32,000 bases of DNA from an uncultured Gammaproteobacteria bacterium (GCA_964360965.1 CAYHYM010000003.1:30001-62000), one strand, 5' to 3'; numbered from the stretch's first letter, positions 6,834-14,286 are shown. Made by a program: numbers and translations. Notes: generated by a model not told the origin, from the letters alone.

Positions 6834-8188
6834 TTAGTTAATCTAACATCCACTCTTTCCATATCTCTGGGAAAAAGCGAAGCTTGCCTGATATTAGAAA
6901 GGTTTAAGACGTGCATGGTAATTCTTTCTAAGCCGAAAGAGAAACCTCCTTCTGACGGCATGCCAAATTTAAAAGCCATCAAATACATCTCAAAATCTTT
7001 AGGATCCATCCCATGTGCTTTAATTGATTCCACTAATTGTTTATAGTCATTAATTCTTTGAGAACCACTCATTATTTCAACCCCTCTAAATAGAAGGTCA
7101 TAGCTTAAGGAATAATCCGGATCTTTTGGATCAGGTTTGGTATAAAAAGGTTTTGATTGGGTTGGAAAATGAGTAATGGTCACAAAATCGCAGTGATGTT
7201 TTTCTTTTGCCCATTTGCAGATATCGATCTCATCCTGCGGAGTTAAATCTTTTTCTTTCCTGTTATCCCTTCCAAACTCTTTTAATATAACTTCCTGGGC
7301 TTCCCTAAGTGTCAATCTCGGAATATCTCCGAAAGCTATCTGTTCCATTCCAAGTTCTTTTAAAATATCACCACATCCATTTTCAGTTTGCTTTAATGTC
7401 TCCACTGCAACTTTTTCTAAAAGATCCAAAAGATCTTCAAACTCCACAAAACCTATCTCACAATCCATTTGAGTAATTTCCGATAAATGTCTTGTTGTCA
7501 CAGAAGGTTCTGCTCTATATGCTTTTGTGATTGTAAAAACTCTTTCAAGGGATGGAACCAACATTTGTTTGTAAAGTTGCGGGCTTTGGGTCAAAAAGGC
7601 TTTATGACCATAATAGTCAACTTTAAACACTTGTGCTCCTCCTTCTGTAGATGAGGCGACAATGGTTGGAACAACAATCTCAGTGCAACCAATTTCTTTT
7701 GCAGCCTTTCTGAATCCTTCCAAAATACTCGCTTGAACTCTAAATATTGCTTTAACTTTTGGATGGCGCAAAGTGAGAGAGCGAAAATCCAAAAGGGTTG
7801 GTAGTTGTAAATCCAAATCTTTTCCTCCCATATCAAACGGTAGCTCTTCTGCTTTTGACAAGATTTCCATGGAATCTGCAGATATTTCTATTTCACCTGT
7901 GGGAATATTTTCATTGACCAGATTTTCTGGCCGCTTGTTAACTTTTCCAGTTATACAAACTACATCTTGGGAGTGTAGGCTACCCACCTCGAAGGTGGGC
8001 TCTGACTCCTTCGAGGTAGATTTTGTCTGTTGTGATACTACCACTTGTATTAATCCACTTCTATCTAAGATATCCAAAAATAAAATCTTGCCATGGTCAC
8101 GGCGGGTTTGCACCCACCCACAAACCTCAACAGATTCCCCAACTTTTTTACTACAATCTAGAATGAGAGTACGTTCCATAAATGTCAT
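6830..8188 (-). CDS. aspS: aspartate--tRNA ligase, archaeal/type-2 form (possibly non-discriminating)
   Basis: About 450 aa class IIb aaRS. FLTQSPQLYKQ is the Asp-type signature, motif 2 is YRAEPSVTTRHLSE and motif 3 is GGFSFGLERITM. The second ATG at 8179 (MERT...) is an alternative start. It contains an in-frame repeat at 7975-8020. Confidence 0.88.
   Translation of the reverse strand: MTFMERTLILDCSKKVGESVEVCGWVQTRRDHGKILFLDILDRSGLIQVVVSQQTKSTSKESEPTFEVGSLHSQDVVCITGKVNKRPENLVNENIPTGEIEISADSMEILSKAEELPFDMGGKDLDLQLPTLLDFRSLTLRHPKVKAIFRVQASILEGFRKAAKEIGCTEIVVPTIVASSTEGGAQVFKVDYYGHKAFLTQSPQLYKQMLVPSLERVFTITKAYRAEPSVTTRHLSEITQMDCEIGFVEFEDLLDLLEKVAVETLKQTENGCGDILKELGMEQIAFGDIPRLTLREAQEVILKEFGRDNRKEKDLTPQDEIDICKWAKEKHHCDFVTITHFPTQSKPFYTKPDPKDPDYSLSYDLLFRGVEIMSGSQRINDYKQLVESIKAHGMDPKDFEMYLMAFKFGMPSEGGFSFGLERITMHVLNLSNIRQASLFPRDMERVDVRLTK
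7975..8020. repeat. class 1 palindromic element, in frame in aspS
   Basis: GTAGGCTACCCACCTCGAAGGTGGGCTCTGACTCCTTCGAGGTAG. The hairpin is CCCACC/GGTGGG. The right end GACTCCTTCGAGGT matches the miaA and cca copies. It is read as STSKESEPTFEVGSL. Confidence 0.75.
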
Positions 8189-8207
8189 TCTGGCTTAATC
8201 CAGAATC
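8184..8207. repeat. class 3 mini-hairpin GTCATTCTGG-CTTAAT-CCAGAATC overlapping the aspS start codon
   Basis: 7-bp stem ATTCTGG/CCAGAAT. It has the same 24-nt architecture as 10948-10971. Confidence 0.7.
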
Positions 8208-8214
8208 TGATAGC

Positions 8215-8244
8215 ATCATAACAACAGAGGTTGACTCTTGACAA
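8215..8244 (-). promoter_or_regulatory. aspS promoter TTGTCA-18-TATGAT
   Basis: On the minus strand, TTGTCA lies at 8244-8239 and TATGAT at 8220-8215. Its -35 overlaps the -35 of the divergent promoter within the palindrome CTTGACAAG. Confidence 0.5.
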
Positions 8245-8266
8245 GATGGCAAGCCAATGCTAATAT
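8238..8266 (+). promoter_or_regulatory. sigma70-type promoter TTGACA-17-TAATAT
   Basis: TTGACA lies at 8238-8243 and TAATAT at 8261-8266, with a 17-nt spacer. It is the best promoter match in the window. ATG 8277 lies 10 nt downstream. Confidence 0.65.
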
Positions 8267-8276
8267 ACTACAAGAT

Positions 8277-8405
8277 ATGTCAAAAGTTGAAGTTATAGAT
8301 TTGAAAAGATTTGTCCTGCCGCAGGCAGTTTCTTTTGAAACAATTTTGCTTGGCCTCCTTTTGGTGCTCATTATGGGCGCCTTTTTGGGAGGTCTTTTTA
8401 GGTAA
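8277..8405 (+). CDS. 42-codon small ORF: hydrophobic small membrane peptide or leader peptide
   Basis: Not in the track because it is shorter than 60 aa. It encodes MSKVEVIDLKRFVLPQAVSFETILLGLLLVLIMGAFLGGLFR. The ATG lies 10 nt below a TTGACA-17-TAATAT promoter, and a strong intrinsic terminator follows. Whether it is translated is unproven. Confidence 0.45.
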   Translation: MSKVEVIDLKRFVLPQAVSFETILLGLLLVLIMGAFLGGLFR

Positions 8406-8432
8406 ATAACACCTAAAAAAGATTGAAATTAG

Positions 8433-8457
8433 ACCTCCCAAATGGGAGGTTTTTTTA
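8433..8457 (+). terminator. intrinsic terminator
   Basis: ACCTCCC-AAAT-GGGAGGT gives a 7-bp GC-rich stem, followed by TTTTTTT (8451-8457). Confidence 0.75.
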
Positions 8458-8479
8458 TGGATGAAAGGAGGTGGACATT

Positions 8480-8734
8480 ATGAATGAACGTGATATAGCT
8501 GAAGGACAAGCAACTCGTGAATGGTATTTTAACAGATTTGGAGTTGATGAAACACAACCAGCTCAATCAACTAAGACTAGTATACCGCCAACTACAGGAA
8601 CGGTAAAGGCAGAACCAGATGAAATGCCTAAGCCAGAAAAGCCTAGGGTGGAAACTGTATATCGAGGAGATCAACCGGTTACAGTATTTAATCCAGGTAT
8701 AGATTTTACAAAAGGCGGGAGTATACATTTCTAA
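8480..8734 (+). CDS. hypothetical 84-aa protein, Pro/Thr/Glu-rich centre
   Basis: A perfect SD GGAGGTG (8467-8473) lies 6 nt before ATG 8480; the track used GTG 8471. I recognise no family. Local GC looks higher than in the flanks. Confidence 0.6.
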   Translation: MNERDIAEGQATREWYFNRFGVDETQPAQSTKTSIPPTTGTVKAEPDEMPKPEKPRVETVYRGDQPVTVFNPGIDFTKGGSIHF

Positions 8735-8841
8735 TAAATAGCATTGTTGTAAAACTTTACAAGCTGTTATAGGAATTAGTCGCTTTATTTCAGATAAACT
8801 TCCAATAAATCATGAGGTTAAATGAAAAATATAGTCACAGT

Positions 8842-10422
8842 TCAAACAATGCGAATATCTTTAACTTTAAGTTGTAATTTTTCATTACCATTGTAGCTAT
8901 CTATTTCTGGTGTATAGGCTAAATCAATGGACTGCCCATTAGTTAAGGTATTTGCCAGATCACCCATGCCAAAAGCTATGGCATCTAGACCATCTGCCTT
9001 AAATTTTAAATGCTTCCCTTCCCCCACAGTCCTAATATCTGAAATTTGAACAGCATCTGTGGTAAAAATGGGTCTGGGGTTACCAAAACCAAATGGCTCA
9101 AATTTTTTTAAATCATCCACCAAATCTTTGGTTAATTTATTAACCTTTATTTCCGCCTCAATTTCCAAAACCTGTTCCACTTCATCAGGTAAAGTTATCA
9201 CCAGTTCCTCTAATCTTTTTTTGAACCCATCAATATTTTTAGTTAAAATAGAAAATCCGGCAGCACGGGGATGTCCTCCCACATCTACTAAAATATCAGC
9301 ATGTTTCCTGATCACCTCCACAATATTAATCCCGTTAATTGATCTTGCAGATCCTTTGGATATCTCTTTCCCTAATGATATGGCAATGGTTGGACGATAA
9401 TATTCTTGAGTAATCCTTCCGGCAATCAAACCAATAATGCCGGGCGACCAATCCTTACTGCTTAATACATGAATATTATTTTGGGTATCAATTAGTAATT
9501 TTGCTTGCTCTACAGCATCTATAGTCATTTTTTGCCTCTCAGTGTTTGTCTTAGATAGTAGTTTTGCCAACCCCTTGGCTTTTGCTGGGTCTTTAGTGCA
9601 TAAAAGTCTTAAAGAATCTATGGCATGCTCTAACCTTCCCATGGCATTTAATCTTGGACCCAAAATATGACCAATTTCATACGAAGAAATCTCATCTAAA
9701 CTTATTCCAGATTCGTTAATAAGAGCAAGCAGTCCAATATTTGTGGTTCTTTGTAAAACCTTTAAACCTTCAGAAACAAAAGCTCTATTTAATCCAACCA
9801 GCGGCATTAAATCACAAACTGTTGCCATTGCCACAAATTGTAATAATTCATGAGCCAATTCCTTTTTAATAACTTCTCTTACCAGACACCAGGCTACCGC
9901 TGCCCCACACATCTTGGTTGAATAAACAATTGCATATGCATCAGGTTTCTTCTCCAAAGGGATATGATGATCTGTAATAATCAAATCAAGTCCTATTTCT
10001 TTGGCAAACTTTGCTTGAGGTATGGCAACTATGCCGTTGTCTACAGTAATCACAACAGTTGCTCCAGAATCCCTAGCAAATTCCAAACCCAATTTTGATA
10101 ACCCGTATCCTTCTTTTTCTCTATGAGGAATATAGGGTAAGGCTTTTGCCCCCATAGATGTCAGGGCTTTATAAAGTATTGCGCATCCACAGATCCCGTC
10201 CACATCATAATCTCCGTAAACTATTATTAATTCATTATTTTTTATAGCTTTATTAATTCTTGCCTGCGCTTTCCCAATACCTGAAATATTTAAATCTTTT
10301 TCATAGTCTGAAATTTTGGGGTTAAAAAATTGTTCTTTTTCTTTAGGAGTTTTTATTCCACGGTTGATTAGCAACTGCTCAGTAATATCATCAGACCTTT
10401 TTGGTAATATCTTCCACTTCAT
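8842..10422 (-). CDS. recJ: single-stranded-DNA-specific exonuclease RecJ
   Basis: 526 aa. DHH-family motifs are VYGDYDVDGICG and ITDHH. The DHHA1 motif is GGHPRAAGF. Confidence 0.9.
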   Translation of the reverse strand: MKWKILPKRSDDITEQLLINRGIKTPKEKEQFFNPKISDYEKDLNISGIGKAQARINKAIKNNELIIVYGDYDVDGICGCAILYKALTSMGAKALPYIPHREKEGYGLSKLGLEFARDSGATVVITVDNGIVAIPQAKFAKEIGLDLIITDHHIPLEKKPDAYAIVYSTKMCGAAVAWCLVREVIKKELAHELLQFVAMATVCDLMPLVGLNRAFVSEGLKVLQRTTNIGLLALINESGISLDEISSYEIGHILGPRLNAMGRLEHAIDSLRLLCTKDPAKAKGLAKLLSKTNTERQKMTIDAVEQAKLLIDTQNNIHVLSSKDWSPGIIGLIAGRITQEYYRPTIAISLGKEISKGSARSINGINIVEVIRKHADILVDVGGHPRAAGFSILTKNIDGFKKRLEELVITLPDEVEQVLEIEAEIKVNKLTKDLVDDLKKFEPFGFGNPRPIFTTDAVQISDIRTVGEGKHLKFKADGLDAIAFGMGDLANTLTNGQSIDLAYTPEIDSYNGNEKLQLKVKDIRIV

Positions 10423-10430
10423 TTGTATTT

Positions 10431-10471
10431 CACCTCGCAGGTGAAGAAAATGCAGTTACACCTGCGAGGTG
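10431..10471. repeat. perfect 13-bp inverted repeat CACCTCGCAGGTG-N15-CACCTGCGAGGTG between recJ and cca
   Basis: The arms at 10431-10443 and 10459-10471 are exact reverse complements. Each arm is itself a CACCT..AGGTG mini-palindrome. Confidence 0.85.
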
Positions 10472-10485
10472 TATTATATGGCAAA

Positions 10486-10514
10486 TTGTACCATACTATG
10501 TCAGGGTGTAGAAT
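10486..10514 (+). promoter_or_regulatory. cca promoter TTGTAC-17-TAGAAT, 7 nt before ATG 10522
   Basis: Read directly from the sequence. There is no SD between the -10 and the ATG. Confidence 0.5.
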
Positions 10515-10521
10515 TAAGCTT

Positions 10522-11934
10522 ATGAACTACTCATTACCTAACGAGGTTAAAAATATTTTAGAAAAGTTTAAAAAAGCCAAATTTCAAATTTATATTGTGG
10601 GAGGAGCTGTCCGTGATCTTTTAATGGAAAAAGGGGTTAAAGATTGGGATTTCACCACTGATGCCAAACCGGAGGAGATTATAAAATTATTTCCGGAAGG
10701 TTTTTACGATAACAAATTTGGAACAGTAGGAATTCCTATAGAAGTGGGAAAAGACACTTTGGATGGTGGCAGGCTGAAGCGAAGCGTAATCCATGACTCC
10801 TCCGAGGTGGAAGTATATGAAATCACCACCATGCGAAAGGAAGGAGTATACAAGGATTACAGACACCCAGACAAAGTGGCATGGACAGATAAAATTGAAC
10901 AAGATCTAGGCAGACGTGACTTTACTGTTAATGCCATTGCCCTTTCCGTCATCCCGACAAATGTCGGGATCCAATTAACAGATCCATTTAATGGCCAGCA
11001 GGATATGAAGGATAAGATAATCAAAGCCGTGGGTGATCCTGGCAAAAGATTTCAAGAAGATGCTCTTCGTTTAATAAGAGCAATCAGAATTGCCACCCAG
11101 TTAGAATTTGACATAGATGAAAAAACTTATTCTGCCATCAAAAAAAATGCTCATCTTTTAAAAGAAGTTTCCCGGGAAAGAATTCGTGATGAGCTCTTTA
11201 AAATACTTGCATCTGGCAATCCTCACTCCGGTATAGTGAAATTGAGAGAAACAGGCTTACTACAAATAATCTTACCCGAACTTGAAAGATGTTTTGGCAT
11301 TGTCCAGGAAGGACCCAAACATGATAGAGTTTATGATATTGGAAACCATTCCCTGCTCACTCTTCAACATACACCGTCTACTGATCCGTTAACCAGATTT
11401 GCAGCACTTTTGCATGATATTGGCAAACCGGACACTGTTAACACTGCTCAAGATGGCAATGTCACTTTTTACCATCATGATGTGATTGGTGGAAAATTGA
11501 TTTTAAAAATTGGGAAAAAGTTTAATTTATCGAAAAAGCAAAAAGATAAATTATACCGCTTAGTGAGATGGCACTTATTTACTGTTGATGAAAATCAAAC
11601 AGACTCTGCCATCAGAAGATTTATAAAAAATGTGGGGTTAGATTATATAGAAGATATGATGGCATTACGTATTGGAGACAGATTGGGAGGAGGGACCCAA
11701 AAAGCTGTCTCTTGGAGAATGGAAAAATTCGCTGATCGAATAAAACAAGTCCTTAAAAAACCATTCTCTATTTCTGATCTAAAAGTAAATGGCCATGATG
11801 TAATGGAAGTTTTAAAAATCAAACCAGGCCCCAAGGTTGGTGAAATCCTCCAAAAACTTTTTGAAGAAGTCCTAGAAGATTCATCTAAAAATAATCGGAA
11901 TTATCTTATTGATAGAATGAAGGAACTTGGTTAG
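10522..11934 (+). CDS. cca: CCA-adding tRNA nucleotidyltransferase with HD domain
   Basis: IVGGAVRDLL, the RRDFTVNA motif and HD-domain LLHDIGK...YHHD. I prefer ATG 10522 (MNYSLPNEV...), which lies 7 nt below TAGAAT. The track start at 10423 covers intergenic repeat DNA. Two in-frame repeat insertions are present. Confidence 0.88.
   Translation: MNYSLPNEVKNILEKFKKAKFQIYIVGGAVRDLLMEKGVKDWDFTTDAKPEEIIKLFPEGFYDNKFGTVGIPIEVGKDTLDGGRLKRSVIHDSSEVEVYEITTMRKEGVYKDYRHPDKVAWTDKIEQDLGRRDFTVNAIALSVIPTNVGIQLTDPFNGQQDMKDKIIKAVGDPGKRFQEDALRLIRAIRIATQLEFDIDEKTYSAIKKNAHLLKEVSRERIRDELFKILASGNPHSGIVKLRETGLLQIILPELERCFGIVQEGPKHDRVYDIGNHSLLTLQHTPSTDPLTRFAALLHDIGKPDTVNTAQDGNVTFYHHDVIGGKLILKIGKKFNLSKKQKDKLYRLVRWHLFTVDENQTDSAIRRFIKNVGLDYIEDMMALRIGDRLGGGTQKAVSWRMEKFADRIKQVLKKPFSISDLKVNGHDVMEVLKIKPGPKVGEILQKLFEEVLEDSSKNNRNYLIDRMKELG
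10765..10810. repeat. class 1 palindromic element, in frame in cca
   Basis: GGTGGCAGGCTGAAGCGAAGCGTAATCCATGACTCCTCCGAGGTGG. It shares GGTGGC...GACTCCTCCGAGGTG with the miaA copy. It is read as GGRLKRSVIHDSSEV. Confidence 0.75.
10948..10971. repeat. class 3 mini-hairpin GTCATCCCGACA-AA-TGTCGGGATC, in frame in cca
   Basis: Perfect 9-bp palindrome ATCCCGACA/TGTCGGGAT. It is read as VIPTNVGI within ALSVIPTNVGIQLTD. Confidence 0.75.
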
Positions 11935-13317
11935 GAAGTAGGCTTTAGAGTTTGTTTTGGTAAAATACGCCATCCTTTGGTGAAATCTTCAGGTTGCTGA
12001 CTAACAACATTAATATTGAGCTGCAATTTACCTCTACCTGTGAGCACAGGCAAGCTTGTATATTCTATTAGTTTAGAAAAAACTTCTCCCTTTACAATGT
12101 TAGCTTTATCGGGATCTAAAAATTCATTACTGTAAAGAGTCACATTTAGTACATTAGATAAATTATCTGGATCTTCAATTATTTGTGTCTCTAATTGAAA
12201 TGGGATATCTAATTTCTCCCTTAAAAAATCATAGAATCCAGAAATGGATAACTTCAACCCCGCAAAAATTAGCATACCATCTTCAGGATTTCTACCAATA
12301 GCGCTCAAATAAAGGTTTCCTTCATTATCTATATTCAGCACACCTTGGTCTCCGGTAACATATCTCACAAGAATGCTCCCCTCATCTCTAAAAGTTGTAG
12401 AGATTATATTACCCCTTTGATCAAATACTAATTGTCCTGTGCTATCCAATACTTCAATCAGTCGAGTATTAGCAACTCTATATTTAAAATCTTTCTCTGT
12501 ATCTCCCTCTTTATATCTGTATGTCCCTATGATACCGGTATCATTTTGCCCATAAGTGACAACAAAATCCGGCTCAACACCAACAACCTCTCTTAGCTGC
12601 GTAAACCATGTCTGAAGCTCTTGAAAATTAACAGGTTCTGAACCAATCTCTATAAATAGCTGTTTCCCTTTGAGTTGTTTAATTATTGAAGGATCTTCTT
12701 CTAATAAATTCTTAATTTGATACATAAGCACTCTAAAGGGTGTTACTTCCGTTATAAGATAAATTGTATCTGCCTTCTTCGCATCTTCTAAAAATCCATT
12801 AGCATCATTATAAGATTCTAACCCTATGTCAGGTCGTATTGCTTGTAAGGATTCCTCGATAATTTTGTAATCTATTGACCAACTTCTGTGTAATAAAACA
12901 GGAGTTTTACTCTCCTGAATAGTTTTCACAAAGGTCTCAGGAAATCGCACAATAAACTCACTTTTGGGAAAATAAAATTCTTTTGGCCTACCGGTTGTCC
13001 CAGTAGAAGAAACACGATACATCTCTTCAGCATTACCTCTCGTAAAACGCTTTGGATCTTGTCCTAACTCCTTAGATCTGACCAATGGAACTTTTAGAGA
13101 AAATTCTTTATAAGATATTCCTTGTGGATCTAATCCCAATGGTTCTATTACTTCTTGACCATAAGGTGTTTCATAAACAGCTTCAAACGTTTTTACTAAT
13201 TGAGGTCTTTTACCCTCAAAATAGCGCTCATATAGGTCTGCTTCACCTCTCTCAGGTGTCCATCCCTCTCTCCACAGTAGTTAATGGCGATCCAACTTCT
13301 GTACCCTCTTCTGGCAT
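11931..13317 (-). pseudogene. PaaK/CapK/F390-synthetase-like adenylate-forming enzyme; the N-terminal ~60 codons lie in two frames (frameshift, assembly indel or recoding)
   Basis: Motifs are SSTGTTGRPK (AMP-binding P-loop), YGQNDTG and RYVTGDQG. The main frame is open from 13280 but has no ATG/GTG/TTG before the TTG at 13139. It nevertheless encodes conserved-looking WTPERGEADLYERYFEGKRPQLVKTFEAVYETPYGQEVIEPLGLDP. ATG 13317 (MPEEGTEVGSPLTTVERGMDT*) is in the -1 neighbouring frame and stops at 13254-13252. It lies 9 nt below an extended -10. Confidence 0.65.
13244..13258. repeat. palindrome CACCTCTCTCAGGTG at the frame break of the PaaK-like gene
   Basis: It has the same CACCT-N-AGGTG architecture as the other elements. 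It is flanked by a direct repeat of GAGAGAGG on the minus strand. Confidence 0.55.
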
Positions 13318-13326
13318 AACAAAGTT

Positions 13327-13356
13327 AGTATATCAGGATAAGAAATTATTTATCAA
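13327..13356 (-). promoter_or_regulatory. TTGATA-18-TGATATACT (extended -10), 9 nt before ATG 13317
   Basis: The minus strand reads TTGATAAATAATTTCTTATCCTGATATACTAACTTTGTTATG. A CCTGATAT direct repeat is also present. Confidence 0.5.
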
Positions 13357-13401
13357 ATTGATATCAGGTTAAGTTATTAGTTATGGTAAAATTTTAGAAA
13401 G

Positions 13402-14286
13402 TTAATGGCCTAATTTTTCTTCCCACCAAACAAGTAAGGCTGTGGCATTAAAGATTGAGGAATAAGTCCCAGAAACAATTCCCACCAGAAGTGCCACCAC
13501 AAACCATTTGATGGTTTCCCCACCAAATAAAAGTAAGGCTACCAGTACAAATACCACTGTCAAAGAGGTATTTAAAGACCTTCCTAAAGTCTGGATTACA
13601 GATATATTGGCCACCTCTATAAATTTTTTGCCAATATTTTTTAAAAGGTTTTCTCTAATTCTATCAAACACCACAATGGTATCGTGTACTGAAAAGCCAA
13701 TTACTGTTAAAAGAGCTGTCACAAATAATATATCAACTTCCACTCCCAGAAATTTTCCTAAAATGGCAAACACTCCCACTACCAATAAGACATCATGCGC
13801 TAAAGCCACAATGGCTGCAATACCAAATCTTAAAGAAGATGCAGGTTTGGGAACTTTTCTAAAAGAAAAGGCAATATATAAAACTATGGCAATACTTGCC
13901 AAAATTATAGCCATTAATGCTTTTTGTCCAAGTTCTCTCCCTATTACCGGGCCAACATTTTCCACTCTTCTTTCTTCCAAGGATCCAAATTTTTTCTCCA
14001 GCACAACTCTCAAGGAGTTTATTTTTCCCTGTTCTGCCGGTTTAGTCCTGATAATTAAGCTTCCGTTTCCTCCTTCCTGTATTTGTCTTACCTCTAAACC
14101 TTCTTGCAAAATAGTTTTTGTTAAAATCTCATTTTTAATTTGTTTTTCAAATTTGTACTCAAGCAAAGCTCCTCCTGTAAAGTCAATTCCTAAGTTCAAC
14201 CCTGAAGTTAGTAAAAAATAAATCCCAGGTAAAATTAGAATTAAAGAAAATATAAAATAAAATATTTTGTAACGCATTAAATCCAT
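13402..14286 (-). CDS. secF: protein translocase subunit SecF
   Basis: 294 aa. N-terminal TM, GIDFTGG, then six TM segments with the typical SecF C-terminal block (FSVHDTIVVFDRIRE). Confidence 0.9.
   Translation of the reverse strand: MDLMRYKIFYFIFSLILILPGIYFLLTSGLNLGIDFTGGALLEYKFEKQIKNEILTKTILQEGLEVRQIQEGGNGSLIIRTKPAEQGKINSLRVVLEKKFGSLEERRVENVGPVIGRELGQKALMAIILASIAIVLYIAFSFRKVPKPASSLRFGIAAIVALAHDVLLVVGVFAILGKFLGVEVDILFVTALLTVIGFSVHDTIVVFDRIRENLLKNIGKKFIEVANISVIQTLGRSLNTSLTVVFVLVALLLFGGETIKWFVVALLVGIVSGTYSSIFNATALLVWWEEKLGH

Noticed and set aside
7215-8198. Plus-strand ORFs of 85 aa (7215..7472) and 141 aa (7773..8198), plus an 81-aa minus-strand out-of-frame ORF (7591..7836)
   Set aside because: All lie inside aspS in shadow frames. 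They have no SD or promoter, and their composition is low-complexity.
8273-8457. The strongly promoted ~185-nt transcript as a known housekeeping sRNA (SRP/4.5S, 6S, tmRNA), or as a leucine-biosynthesis-type attenuator
   Set aside because: There is no SRP domain IV motif (GGAA loop with AGCA/GGAAGCAG context), no tmRNA tRNA-like ends and no 5'/3' end pairing typical of 6S. The peptide is Leu-rich, but the downstream gene is an orphan 84-aa protein rather than an amino-acid biosynthesis gene.
13252-13262. prfB-style programmed +1 frameshift at ACC-TGA-G with upstream GAGGG
   Set aside because: The slippery context is poor (ACC to CCU re-pairing) and the SD-like spacing differs from prfB. An indel or pseudogene is more parsimonious. 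It is kept only as a minor alternative in the finding.
13508-14221. 237-aa plus-strand ORF
   Set aside because: It is entirely antisense to secF, which has clear family motifs. Its low-complexity Ser/Thr/Pro/Lys-rich translation is typical of a shadow ORF.
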